In this document: positions 1 through 10,506 of the stretch, piece after piece
Layout of the letters: each line of letters starts with the position of its first letter
How positions within the stretch are numbered: position 1 is the stretch's first letter
Assembly (NCBI GenBank): GCA_963676725.1
Contig: OY781463.1
Location: 2,701,421-2,765,420, forward strand
Reading direction: 5' to 3'
Source: Bacteroidales bacterium
GTDB taxonomy: Bacteria; Bacteroidota; Bacteroidia; Bacteroidales; WRLA01
DNA: 64,000 nucleotides
Translations under genes and position numbers: made by a program
Notes under the pieces: model-generated
Told to the model about the DNA's origin: nothing
Seen by the model: only the letters and a program-made list of their open reading frames with translations
Database searches by the model: none

Positions 1-2
1 TA

Positions 3-2255
3 CGCATTATCGCTGCACAATCCAACGAACAAAACCGACCTTTCGCCATTACGGCTATAAATGCCAATAAAATAGAAAACCAATTGGGAACCAGGGCTTT
101 TCCTGAAATTATGCAACGAAGCCCCGGACTGTATGCCAGCCGTACCGGTGGCGGTTATGGCGATGCAGCCGTGAACCTTAGGGGCTTTAAACAGGAGAAT
201 ATCAGTCTCTTACTCAATGGTGTTCCTGTAAATAGTTTCGAAAATGGTTTGGTCTATTGGTCTAATTGGCAAGGGCTTACAGAAGCAACTGCTGAAATTG
301 AAGTGCAAAGGGGCTTAGCTCCTTCTCAAACAGCCATGAATGCCGTGGGTGGCACCATCAATATTATTACAAAAACAAGCGAAGCTAAAGCATCCAATTT
401 TATTAGCTATGCCTATAGCAGCTTTGGCAACAGCAAAACCACTTTCGGCATCAATACAGGAAAAACCGAAAAAGGCTGGGCCTTAAGCTTTATCGGAAGC
501 AGAAGCAGTGGTCCGGGCTATATCGACGCAACTTATGTTGATGCATGGTCGTATTTCATGAGCATCAGCAAAAACTTTGGCAGCAAACATAAACTCGTTT
601 TTACCGGTTTGGGAAGCCCCGAGCGTCATGGGCAAAGAAACAGCAAACTATCCAAAGCGGAAGTAGAGGAACGTGGCATAAAATTTAACTCAGATTGGGG
701 CAGTTATAATGGCGAAATCCGGAACCTATCAGAGAATTTTTACCACAAACCTCAGCTTGCCCTCAACCACTACTGGACAATGAATGCGAACAACTTTCTG
801 GCTACATCAGTGTATTATTCGTTTGGTTATGGCGGTGGGCAATGGAATGAAAGCTTCTCATGGGACACACAAAATGTCTTCAGTTTCCGGAATCCATCCG
901 GGCAAATTGATTGGAATGGCATTTATGAGTATAATACTTCCAATGAGGATGAAACCATCATCAGCACAGGCGATACCATACGAAATTATGCACGCAATAT
1001 TTTAACAAATTTTCTTGCCGATCATTATTGGGCCGGAATCATGAGCAGCTGGGATCACCAATTTAATGAACATTTAAGTTTGAAAAGCGGCATCCATATC
1101 CGAACATTTAAATCCTATTTAAAAGAAGAAGTTACAGATTTATTAGGCGCTGAAGTATGGGTCGACAATTATGCCTGGGCTGCTGATGGTGTTGCCGGGC
1201 GCAATGAATTAAAGTACGTTGGCGATATAACACGTATCGACAATAGTGCAATTATTCAATACACACAGGCATTTTCACAAGCAAAATGGGAGAATAAAAA
1301 AATATTGGTCTTTGCTGCTGTCTCTGCTGCAAACAACTGGTATACGCGCGAAGACCGCTATAATTATGTGAAAGACATCAGAAGCGAAACACTTTCCATT
1401 ACTGGCTTTGATGTAAAATCAGGCATAAATTATCAGTTTACGGAATCTTTTTCAGCATGGCTGAATGGAGGTTTCTTCTCCAGAGCGCCTTATTATAAAT
1501 TTGTCTTTCCAAATTACAACAATATCCCGGCTGGTGGATTGAATAACGAAAAAATAAGCACTGCCGAGCTTGGGCTCTCATTCAAAAAAGAACAATTTGC
1601 CTTGCAAGCCAATGTTTATTATAATTTATGGAAAAACAAAAGCTTGCTTACCAATGAGTACATTCAGCTGGAAGACGACAGCCAAACAAGGGCAATGCTG
1701 CGTGGCCTTGACGCTCAACATATTGGTCTTGAACTGGAAGCGGCCTGGAAACCCCTACCCTCTTTAACAACAGGATTTTTAATGAGCATCGGAAACTGGG
1801 AATGGAAAAACGATGTATATGCAGTACTGTTTAATCATGAAAACATTGCTGTGGATACAGTTCAGGTTTTCGCTAAAGGCTTAAAAGTAGGCGATGCACC
1901 ACAAACACAAATTGGACTGTATGCTGATGCAAAATTCCTGCGGCGTTTCGATATTCATGCAGACTGGATGTATTATGACCGTATGTACGCCGATTTTGAC
2001 CCTTCATCGCGCACCGATGCAAACGACAAAGAGCAATCCTACCTCATGCCCGCTTGGTCGGTAATCAACCTACAAATTGGTTATCCATTTTACTGGGGAA
2101 AAGTACAATTTTACGCATCTGCAAATTGCGATAACTTGCTCAATAATAGCTATATTGTGCGAGGAGAAGATGGAGCCGACCACGATTTAGAAAGCTTCAG
2201 GGGATTTTGGTCTTTTGGCAGAACCTTTCAGTTTAGCTTAAAAGCAAAATTATAG
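3..2255 (+). CDS. TonB-dependent outer-membrane receptor (5' end runs off the window)
   Basis: The frame is open from the window edge (RIIAAQSNEQNRPFAITAINANKIENQLGTRAF...), so the track Met at 84 is not the true start. Plug-domain motif NLRGFKQENISLLLNGVPVN is followed by a long beta-barrel-type sequence with an aromatic-rich C-terminus. Confidence 0.85.
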   Translation, partial: RIIAAQSNEQNRPFAITAINANKIENQLGTRAFPEIMQRSPGLYASRTGGGYGDAAVNLRGFKQENISLLLNGVPVNSFENGLVYWSNWQGLTEATAEIEVQRGLAPSQTAMNAVGGTINIITKTSEAKASNFISYAYSSFGNSKTTFGINTGKTEKGWALSFIGSRSSGPGYIDATYVDAWSYFMSISKNFGSKHKLVFTGLGSPERHGQRNSKLSKAEVEERGIKFNSDWGSYNGEIRNLSENFYHKPQLALNHYWTMNANNFLATSVYYSFGYGGGQWNESFSWDTQNVFSFRNPSGQIDWNGIYEYNTSNEDETIISTGDTIRNYARNILTNFLADHYWAGIMSSWDHQFNEHLSLKSGIHIRTFKSYLKEEVTDLLGAEVWVDNYAWAADGVAGRNELKYVGDITRIDNSAIIQYTQAFSQAKWENKKILVFAAVSAANNWYTREDRYNYVKDIRSETLSITGFDVKSGINYQFTESFSAWLNGGFFSRAPYYKFVFPNYNNIPAGGLNNEKISTAELGLSFKKEQFALQANVYYNLWKNKSLLTNEYIQLEDDSQTRAMLRGLDAQHIGLELEAAWKPLPSLTTGFLMSIGNWEWKNDVYAVLFNHENIAVDTVQVFAKGLKVGDAPQTQIGLYADAKFLRRFDIHADWMYYDRMYADFDPSSRTDANDKEQSYLMPAWSVINLQIGYPFYWGKVQFYASANCDNLLNNSYIVRGEDGADHDLESFRGFWSFGRTFQFSLKAKL

Positions 2256-2563
2256 GGTTATGAATGATGGTAATTATTCTATAAACATTCAATCTCGGGG
2301 ATTGTTTTGTTTTTTAAAGCTGGACTTACGGCCCGCTTATTAGTGTGAAAATTTTAGCCCAAGGCAAGGCCTTAGGCTAAAATGAATTGACCTTTCAGGC
2401 CGTTTTGGTTTTTAAGCAATCTCTACGGCTTTTTTCCTGACACCGGCAATGTGTTGCCCTAAAAGACTATATGAGATTTATATCACCACGTTTATTTATA
2501 TCGAGAATTCCATCAACTACTGGCGCTGATTTGTAAATTATAGTTGCAGTGTATAAACTAAAA

Positions 2564-2589
2564 GGGCTCTCGAACGAAGTCGAGAGCCC
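2564..2589. terminator. Hairpin between convergent genes (possible bidirectional terminator)
   Basis: GGGCTCTCGA-acgaag-TCGAGAGCCC is a perfect 10-bp stem. It is flanked by an A-run on one side and T-rich sequence on the other, and lies between the stop codons at 2255 (+) and 2643 (-). Confidence 0.5.
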
Positions 2590-2642
2590 TTGGGTTTATT
2601 ATAATTTCATAATAGTCTTTTTCTCCCCTAGTGTGACAAAGC

Positions 2643-5600
2643 TTACATATAAATAATTTTCTGCACAATATCCTTTCCGCTTCCATTTCTAAAATGCGCT
2701 TTCAAATAATAAATCCCTTTAGGCACGGCCCATTGCGACATAGCAAAACGATGTTCATTATTACCCTCATTAAGTTCAAATTCAGTAAAATGAACCAATA
2801 ATCCCTGAGCATCATAGAATTCGCATTCGAGCACATCTGAAGCCTCACTTTCGAGCCTCAGCTGTAATAAATCACGCACCGGGTTCGGGTAAAGCAGCAT
2901 CTCAACTTCCTGCTCTTCGCTAGCAATCGGTGCTTCTTCATTCAAAATATGCCAATTTGCGAGTTCATCACCCGATTTATAAGACTGTATATCGCTCCAG
3001 CTCAAATTGATCAGCTTATCAGGGCCATCCCCCTTAAATGTAGCCATTGTATTTTCATCAAGCACAAGTGATGAAAAATCTTCATCAGCATCAATCACAA
3101 GGCTCAACGAATAGTTGCGTAGGTCATCAGGGATATCCGAAACATTTATATAAACGTTCAGTTCATTTCCATCAAGCGACCAGGAGAGCTGCGATTGATC
3201 CCGAACACGCAAGTATTCATAAACTTCCTGTAATGGCGCCATCCACATAATATCCGAACCATCTTTACCGTAGGTATCATTTAAGTACTGCATATAGTAT
3301 TCAAAAGTATCGAACAGCAAACTTCCACCGATTGATGTATTTTCTACCCTATGTGTAAACTCTGTCCACCAAAAATGTGTACCATCAGCTGTGCGAGCTG
3401 CAATATCATCCATCATTTCATGAATTGCCGGCAATGTTGCAAACAAATCATCGTATAAATAACGACGGTAAATCCTTAGATCGCTCTCATAATCCAGAGG
3501 ATTATCAACAGGCAAACCATTATACAAACCCAGATAGGAATCGATTTTTGAATAAATCACCTTATAGCCCAGTTCTTTGGCAGGTCCAAAATATTCAGGA
3601 TCGCCCGAAGGGGATATAAAATGCGTCATGCTAATGCCTGTTTTATTCAAAACATGATCGTAGTTTGATTGGATTTCCCAATTATAATCAATTGTGCCAT
3701 AAGCGCTATGCGAATAAGAATGATTAATTGCTTCCCAGCCATGATTATACAATTCGCTCAACTCACTCCACTTAATGTATGATGGTGTATTCACATGCAA
3801 ATCGCTATAGCTACTGTTTACACTATACCATGCCAGAGAAGCCCTGAACGGGATATCGTTTCCGCAGCCGTCTGTCGTATTCAGTCCCGGATACCAGGTA
3901 TTATTGTGGGCAACATATCCACCCTCAAAAAGTGGGTACGCATTGGTATAGGCGCATGAACGGCCATCATCGAGCGTAAAGCTGTATGCAATCATTTTAT
4001 TGAAACGGAGCACAGCTTTTTCCACATCGAGGCTTGAGGGAACCTCATCAAAGAGCACTTTAAAAGAGATTGTTCCGGCAGGCACTTCATCAGTGATCGT
4101 AATAAGAACAGAATCTGAAACAGCTTGCAGCCCTTCAGAATCGGTCAATCTTGCCTTTAACCAATATTCGCCGGCTTCATCAAACAATAAATTGGATGTA
4201 TAAGGAGCCTCCGTTAAAGACAAAAGACTCTCATCATTTACCATAAAATCGATTTGTTGTGGAGCAGCTGTTCCCGGGCTTGCCTGCATTAATTCAGCAG
4301 TAAGTTCACCACCGCCACCATTGCCGTTATGGGCAACATTGGAATGATCTTCGTTAAACCAAACAAATGGTGTGCTGCCCCCAGTAAAACGCATACTCTT
4401 AATGCCCATGACAAAGATGCCGGCACCGGCGCTATATGGGAACTCGATTAAAGAAATATTTGTAAAATCAATGGCCGGGTCAAAATCCGACAAAGGAATA
4501 CGGATTGTAGTCCAATCGCTTAAATCACTGCCAAGGGCATCAATATAACTTTTTATGTAGAGGCTGCCCGTTGCTTCGGGGCGCAGGCGAATCTTCGACC
4601 AATTTGTTGATCCTCCAATATCTTTAATAATAATTTCAAGCGTATCATTTCCTCCAATGGTAACATCATGCTTGGGCGCATACACATTTACTTCATTGCA
4701 ACTGATTTTCAGTTTTCTGTATCCATTATCCGGACAGCTTACGCGCATATACATTGGTTCAGGAGCAATAAAACCACCAATACTGGCAGATAAGGAAACC
4801 ATTGCAGGCGACAAATACTCAGCATTATCATCAGGACTATCCAGATGAACGGACAGCATGGAAATGGGGGTTGCCGGCTCAGGCACGATAAAGTGAATAG
4901 TATCGCTGTGAAACAACTCTCCACTCTCCATCAAAACCTCAGCAAAAAGCGTATGTGCACCGATTTCGGTCATTTGTACACTTCCTGCTATATTTCCATG
5001 AGAAATAGGATCGAAAGGCATATTGTCCAGATAAAAAACGGCCTCACTGATGGCATTTACAGGTGCATCCGGCACAATCACTTCTGCATTGATTTCACCG
5101 GCACCACCGTTGCCATTATGTGCATTATCGATTTGATCGTAGCCAAACCATGTATAAGGATTGCTGCCGCCTACAAAACTCACTTCCTTTATTTCGAGTT
5201 GGAAGAAACCTGCGCCGGCACTGTATGGAAATTCGATATAATCGAGGTCGGTAAAATCTATGGTACTGCTAAAATCGCTGAGTGGAATCCGAAGCCTGAG
5301 CCAATCCATTGAAGGACCACCTGCAGCATTCACATATGATGACAGGCTCAAAGTACCAATTGCCTGTGGGCGAATACGGATTTTTGACCAATTTGCATTG
5401 GCATAAACATCGCGCAGCTCTATTATTAGAGTGTCATTACCACCAAAAACAACATTTTTTCCCGGGCCGTAGATACTTGTAGCATTATTCCCTAATTTCA
5501 ATTTTCGATAACCATCTTCTGTGCACCAAACAGATAAATATGGTGATTCAGCAAAAGACGCCCCATCAACGAGAGCAGAAAAAGACAGATAATCGTATTG

Positions 5601-6524
5601 TTGGATACTATCATTATTGGATGGGTTCAATATGGAGACAAGAACATTTCCCGGCTCCGGCTCAGGAGGCGCATAGACAAAAATATCAATTGCTTCACTA
5701 TACACATAGCTGCCATCATTTTTGTATGCGGCAGACTGAAATTGATGCCAAAGACTATCGGGAGGAACAACATCCACAGAATATGGAGGTGTAGCATCCT
5801 GTCCTACAGACACTCCATCAACAAAAAACTCCATATATTGCACATCGCCAATAGGTGGCGTAGCATCAAATACTTCAGCAAGTAGTTCGCCCACATTGCC
5901 ATCACCATTATGGGCATTATCCGTTTTCCCTTCACCAAACCAAAGATAAGGCATTGCACCACCAGTGAAAACCACCTCAGCAATATCAAGTGTAAAATCA
6001 TCAGCATCAGCACTATAAGGAAATTCAAAATAGGCCAGACTTGTAAAGTCTATTGATGCATCAAAGTCCTCTAAAGGAATCGAAATAGTAGTCCAATCGC
6101 CGCCAACACCCCCGGCAGCATCAACATATTGATTAAGATAGAGATTCCCTGAAGCATTTGGGCGCAATTTGATGCGGTTCCATTGTGCGCTTCCCAGAAC
6201 ATCCCTTAAAGTAATTTTCAGTGTGTTGTTTCCGGATGCCATAACATTTTGCGCCGGGCCGTAAACGCTATTGGGATTATTCCCAAACTTCAGTTTGCGA
6301 TAACCATCTGCATTATCAATAACCCGAAGAAAGGCCGGCGTACCCGGAATAACACCTTCTGCGGAGGCTTCCATCATAAGGCTTTCGCCAAACAATACTG
6401 TATCACCTTGATGCGGTGACAACAACTGAACTTCCTGAGAAATCCCTTGAAAAGAATATAAGTTAAAGAAAATGAAAACAATTGCCAATTTTCCCACTAA
6501 TTTTTTAGAGTAAAAACCTACCAT
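2643..6524 (-). CDS. Secreted multidomain protein: three ~270-aa repeats, a NodB/CE4-like polysaccharide deacetylase domain and a T9SS type-A C-terminal domain
   Basis: The likely start is M47 of the track ORF (MVGFYSKKLVGKLAIVFIFFNLYSFQG, a signal peptide). Three internal repeats each carry GYRKLK, W[SN][KR]I[KR][LI]RP, [IF]EFPYSA[GD]A and NAHNG[ND]G. NodB-like motifs FTLDDG and HSYSH follow. The C-terminus LLYPNPVRDLLQLRL...QKIIYM resembles a Por secretion tail. Confidence 0.8.
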   Translation of the reverse strand: MVGFYSKKLVGKLAIVFIFFNLYSFQGISQEVQLLSPHQGDTVLFGESLMMEASAEGVIPGTPAFLRVIDNADGYRKLKFGNNPNSVYGPAQNVMASGNNTLKITLRDVLGSAQWNRIKLRPNASGNLYLNQYVDAAGGVGGDWTTISIPLEDFDASIDFTSLAYFEFPYSADADDFTLDIAEVVFTGGAMPYLWFGEGKTDNAHNGDGNVGELLAEVFDATPPIGDVQYMEFFVDGVSVGQDATPPYSVDVVPPDSLWHQFQSAAYKNDGSYVYSEAIDIFVYAPPEPEPGNVLVSILNPSNNDSIQQYDYLSFSALVDGASFAESPYLSVWCTEDGYRKLKLGNNATSIYGPGKNVVFGGNDTLIIELRDVYANANWSKIRIRPQAIGTLSLSSYVNAAGGPSMDWLRLRIPLSDFSSTIDFTDLDYIEFPYSAGAGFFQLEIKEVSFVGGSNPYTWFGYDQIDNAHNGNGGAGEINAEVIVPDAPVNAISEAVFYLDNMPFDPISHGNIAGSVQMTEIGAHTLFAEVLMESGELFHSDTIHFIVPEPATPISMLSVHLDSPDDNAEYLSPAMVSLSASIGGFIAPEPMYMRVSCPDNGYRKLKISCNEVNVYAPKHDVTIGGNDTLEIIIKDIGGSTNWSKIRLRPEATGSLYIKSYIDALGSDLSDWTTIRIPLSDFDPAIDFTNISLIEFPYSAGAGIFVMGIKSMRFTGGSTPFVWFNEDHSNVAHNGNGGGGELTAELMQASPGTAAPQQIDFMVNDESLLSLTEAPYTSNLLFDEAGEYWLKARLTDSEGLQAVSDSVLITITDEVPAGTISFKVLFDEVPSSLDVEKAVLRFNKMIAYSFTLDDGRSCAYTNAYPLFEGGYVAHNNTWYPGLNTTDGCGNDIPFRASLAWYSVNSSYSDLHVNTPSYIKWSELSELYNHGWEAINHSYSHSAYGTIDYNWEIQSNYDHVLNKTGISMTHFISPSGDPEYFGPAKELGYKVIYSKIDSYLGLYNGLPVDNPLDYESDLRIYRRYLYDDLFATLPAIHEMMDDIAARTADGTHFWWTEFTHRVENTSIGGSLLFDTFEYYMQYLNDTYGKDGSDIMWMAPLQEVYEYLRVRDQSQLSWSLDGNELNVYINVSDIPDDLRNYSLSLVIDADEDFSSLVLDENTMATFKGDGPDKLINLSWSDIQSYKSGDELANWHILNEEAPIASEEQEVEMLLYPNPVRDLLQLRLESEASDVLECEFYDAQGLLVHFTEFELNEGNNEHRFAMSQWAVPKGIYYLKAHFRNGSGKDIVQKIIYM

Positions 6525-6942
6525 AGCATATTGCGTTTTAAATAATAAACCTAATAAAATAAATCGACCCCTGTGGGATGAGTCAAAAATATCGCCTGTT
6601 GCCACAAATATATATATAATACACACTGTTTGCAATACTTTCTCACAAAAAATACGCAGCAATTAGTAAGTGTGCATCTTTCTTTGGTTTTCGTTCAAAA
6701 TGAGGCAAAAACCCAGAGACAAAAAAAATTAAATCAAACGAATAATAAACACTGAATTCTATGCGCATTTTCATCGAATCACCTAAACCCGGCATATACA
6801 TTAACCATTGAAAACAATTGCCCAAATAAAAAACCGACAGACTTATGCAGCCTTTAAGTATATTTGCCCGATGAAGATAAATTTGAATACTTAATCAAAA
6901 AAATTCCAATACCCTTGTCTCTCCATCAAATTTGAATCATTT

Positions 6943-8487
6943 ATGAACTCCATTTTTAAAACCGTCATACTTTCAATTTTTTTATTCCTGAGCACATTTC
7001 ACTCACTACAAGGCCAAAACAGGGCTTGTCAAGACTTCAGTCTTTATATTGACACACTCAATTGCATTCCGGTTCCTGTTGCCGAGACCGATGGTTATCT
7101 GTACTTTAACTTATGCCCCGATCAGGAAGTCCATATTGCTGTTTATGGTGTTTATCCGGACAATGGCACTTTTTACACCCAGCACGACACCCTAAACACC
7201 TATACTTGGGTTTTTGGCGATGGTGCAACTGAAACAACAATCAAAGAACCATATACAGATCACGAATACAACAGCATAAAAGGTTATGATTTAAGCATCA
7301 GCGCAAAAGATACCGAAGGATGCGAAAGTGACCCCATTACTAATGTAAGGGCGCGAATTGCAGGGAGTCCGATTACATCGATCAATACAAGCGGCACATT
7401 TTGTCAGTACGACACAGTAAATGTAAATATCAGTTCTATTGTTCAGGTATCTGAATACACCTATGAACTAGATGCCAGCCAAAGTTTTGATAGTACAATG
7501 TTCTTACCCGATGGACCAAATTGTGCCCCCGGATATTATTTTACTGATGTTGTTTTTGATGTCTTTACTCCGGGCGCATCCATCACAAGCGAGGAAGACA
7601 TACTCTCCGTTTGTGTAAATATGGAACATACGTATATTGGAGATTTATCCATGGAGCTCATTTGTCCCAGTGGCAAAACCGTACAGCTTAAAACACAGGC
7701 AGGAGGAGGTCGATATTTTGGTTCTCCGGGCTGTATGCCAACACCACACACTTGCGATGATGGTGCAAAAAAATGCAATGCAGCTTCCAATCCGGCAGGC
7801 GAAGGCTGGAATTATTGCTGGTCGGAATATTATCCCAATCGTGGGGATATTAATAATGGCCCTGTTGTCGGGAACAACCAAATCGACTCTACAGATTCTG
7901 AAGGCCTTGAGGGTTTTTACCAACCCGCAAACTCATTTCAAGGGCTTATAGGATGCCCATTAAATGGCTTGTGGACAATCAAAATTACTGATCATTTGGG
8001 CATTGATAATGGCTATATTTTCGATTGGACATTAAACCTCGACCCCGCCCTACTTCCTCAAAGCTGGTCATATACAGTTCCATATGATTCTGCCGGCATC
8101 AGTGGACCAGGTGTTATTAGTCAACAAAACGGAATAATGGTATTTAGCCCACCGACATCCGGAACCCAAAACTATACCGTTACAGCCTACGATGAGTACG
8201 GCTGTTCTTTCGACAGTATTATCGAATTAGAAATACAATCAATGCCCGAATTAATCATGCCCGACACTGTGGCTTTTTGCGCAGGTGGATATATAGATAT
8301 TGATGGTGGAAGCTGCACTAATTGCACATATTTATGGAATAATGGCGATACAGATCATGAAATTAGGGTTTCGAATGGCGGAACCTATTGGAGAAAGGTT
8401 TTTAGCCAAGCTGGATGCTCGGCAACAGATACTTGTATTGTATTGGAGCGGCCTATTCCGCCGCCAATCCAGATCAAACATAATTAA
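6943..8487 (+). CDS. Secreted protein with a PKD-like segment and a proprotein-convertase P-domain; no T9SS CTD (paralog 1)
   Basis: Signal peptide MNSIFKTVILSIFLFLSTFHSLQG. PKD-like YTWVFGDGAT...H.Y. P-domain signature VCVNMEHTYIGDLSMELICPSGKTVQLK ... NGLWTIKITDHLGIDNGYIFDWTLNL. It ends ...ERPIPPPIQIKHN-stop. Confidence 0.8.
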   Translation: MNSIFKTVILSIFLFLSTFHSLQGQNRACQDFSLYIDTLNCIPVPVAETDGYLYFNLCPDQEVHIAVYGVYPDNGTFYTQHDTLNTYTWVFGDGATETTIKEPYTDHEYNSIKGYDLSISAKDTEGCESDPITNVRARIAGSPITSINTSGTFCQYDTVNVNISSIVQVSEYTYELDASQSFDSTMFLPDGPNCAPGYYFTDVVFDVFTPGASITSEEDILSVCVNMEHTYIGDLSMELICPSGKTVQLKTQAGGGRYFGSPGCMPTPHTCDDGAKKCNAASNPAGEGWNYCWSEYYPNRGDINNGPVVGNNQIDSTDSEGLEGFYQPANSFQGLIGCPLNGLWTIKITDHLGIDNGYIFDWTLNLDPALLPQSWSYTVPYDSAGISGPGVISQQNGIMVFSPPTSGTQNYTVTAYDEYGCSFDSIIELEIQSMPELIMPDTVAFCAGGYIDIDGGSCTNCTYLWNNGDTDHEIRVSNGGTYWRKVFSQAGCSATDTCIVLERPIPPPIQIKHN

Positions 8488-8702
8488 TGCTTGTGTCCTA
8501 TGGGCAAACAAATGACTTTATAAACTAGCTTGAAATATTCTGCTTTTCCGACATAAAATTCCTATCAGGCGTAGATCGAAACCAACAAATCCCATCGTTT
8601 TTTTCTATATATTTGCCAATAAGGGAATAATTCCGAAATGCTGTTGCTTTTCCCTTTTATTATACAGCCCGGAATTATTGCTTCTGCTAACTAAATGGTG
8701 TT

Positions 8703-10232
8703 TTGAAAATAAAAGCCCTTTTTACTTGCCTGCTATTGATGGCAGTATTGAATATGTCCTTGGCACAGAACCCACCCTGCCAGCGGGCGCAAATTTATTT
8801 CGACACACTCAACTGCTCTCCTCAACCGCTTGTTGAAGATGGTATTTTATACTTTAACCTCTGCAAAGGCGATAGTCTTAAGCTGCAGGCATTAACAGAA
8901 TATCCTGAAAATTACAACTTTTACACCCAGCACGACAGTCTGCACAGTTTCCGGTGGTCTTTCACCGATGATGACCTGATTCTTACGGAAGGAATAAATC
9001 ATGCTGCTTACAAATACACAGAAGTCAATGGATACGACATCAGCATTAGCCTGATTGACAGCAATGATTGCAGCAGCAATACACAAATAGCCCGTGTACG
9101 CATTGCGGGAAACCCCATCACCGGTATTGGTTTGGATAATCCCTATTGCCACCACGACACGATTAGCATCAGCACAGCAACTATCGGACAGGTAATCCCC
9201 TACTCTTATGAGCATACTTCCACGCAAAAATTTGAAGAAGAAACTTTTCTGCCCGATGGCCCTGACTGTTTCCCTGGTTACTATTATACCGATGTGGTTT
9301 TCAGTGCATTCCTACCCGATCAAATTATAAGTGCCCCCGAGGATATCGTCAGCGTTTGCGTCAATATGGAACATACGTATATGGGCGATCTTTCCATGTA
9401 TATGATTTGCCCCAATGGGCAGACTGTGATGCTTAAAAAGCAAATCCAATACAATCATCGTATGGGCGAACCCGCCGGAATGCCCAATCCACGTTCGATG
9501 GACAATCCGAACTTTGAATGTCTTGCGGACAGTAACCCTCCGGGCATCGGATGGAATTATTGCTGGTCGGAGCTTTATCCAAATACAGGTTCTATCAATG
9601 ATGGAGCTGTTATAGGAAGCAATCAGTTGGATTCGACCTATATTTCTACGGTCCAGAACTATTTTGCGCCAGATAATTCTTTCGCAGGATTGGTTGGCTG
9701 CCCTTTAAATGGTTTATGGACCATCAAAATCAGGGACACCTTAAATATTGACAATGGCTATATTTTCGAATGGACCCTCAATCTCGATGAAAATTTACTC
9801 CCACCCGGTTGGTCCTATTTTGTGGACACCGATTCTATTATTATGTCGGGAGTAAATATTCTCAGCACAAACAATAGCCAAACCATTATTGCGCCACCCG
9901 ATACAGGCACTTATCAATACACCTACACTGTAATTGATGATTATGGATGCCATTGGGACACACTTATCCCTTTAGTTGTAGCACCATTGCCCGATTATCA
10001 TTTGCCTGCCGATGATATAGCCTGCCCTGATATTGAAATAGATATCGTAGGGAGCAATTGCCCTTTTTGCAGCTATTTATGGAGTACAGGAGAAAATACA
10101 GCCCAAATCAGCACAGTTCTTTCAGGAATTATTTGGTGCGAAGTAACCGACACAAATAGCTGTAGCAGCCGTGATACAATGGTGTTGTTGCGCCATCCCA
10201 AGCCTCCGCCTATTAACATCTACCACGAATAA
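8703..10232 (+). CDS. Secreted P-domain protein, tandem paralog 2
   Basis: Collinear with 6943..8487 (VCVNMEHTYMGDLSMYMICPNGQTVMLK; NGLWTIKIRDTLNIDNGYIFEWTLNL). Signal peptide MKIKALFTCLLLMAVLNMSLAQ. The start codon is TTG, so the start is uncertain. It ends ...RHPKPPPINIYHE-stop. Confidence 0.75.
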   Translation: MKIKALFTCLLLMAVLNMSLAQNPPCQRAQIYFDTLNCSPQPLVEDGILYFNLCKGDSLKLQALTEYPENYNFYTQHDSLHSFRWSFTDDDLILTEGINHAAYKYTEVNGYDISISLIDSNDCSSNTQIARVRIAGNPITGIGLDNPYCHHDTISISTATIGQVIPYSYEHTSTQKFEEETFLPDGPDCFPGYYYTDVVFSAFLPDQIISAPEDIVSVCVNMEHTYMGDLSMYMICPNGQTVMLKKQIQYNHRMGEPAGMPNPRSMDNPNFECLADSNPPGIGWNYCWSELYPNTGSINDGAVIGSNQLDSTYISTVQNYFAPDNSFAGLVGCPLNGLWTIKIRDTLNIDNGYIFEWTLNLDENLLPPGWSYFVDTDSIIMSGVNILSTNNSQTIIAPPDTGTYQYTYTVIDDYGCHWDTLIPLVVAPLPDYHLPADDIACPDIEIDIVGSNCPFCSYLWSTGENTAQISTVLSGIIWCEVTDTNSCSSRDTMVLLRHPKPPPINIYHE

Positions 10233-10387
10233 AAGGATTCTTCATGCTTACCAGTCCCTGATAAAACAAATATTTAGTTTGCTTTTGCTTGGCAATCTCT
10301 TTAAAAATACATTTCTATTATTTTATTATCTATTCCATCCAAATTCGCATCAAAGCTATATTAAAGCTATATCAAAGCCTCTTCAAA

Positions 10388-10506
10388 TACGTTATAGGTA
10401 CGTTATAAGTACGTTACAAGTACGTTTCAAGTACGTTTCAAGTACGTTATAGATACGTTCTAGATCGTTTTTATAACATACTTGAAACGTATTTGATACG
10501 TAGAAG
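10388..10506. repeat. 11-bp phased tandem repeat TACGTT[AT][YT]A[AG]G (7 direct copies) followed by inverted partial copies
   Basis: The direct copies read tacgttatagg tacgttataag tacgttacaag tacgtttcaag tacgtttcaag tacgttataga tacgttctaga. Next come acttgaaacgta and tttgatacgta, which are reverse complements of the unit. The array lies in a convergent intergenic region. Confidence 0.8.

Noticed and set aside
10171-10452. A 93-aa plus-strand ORF overlapping the end of the P-domain paralog and the 11-bp repeat array.
   Set aside because: Its translation of the repeat (RYRYVISTLQVRFKYV) simply reflects the 11-nt periodicity. It starts inside the upstream gene in another frame.
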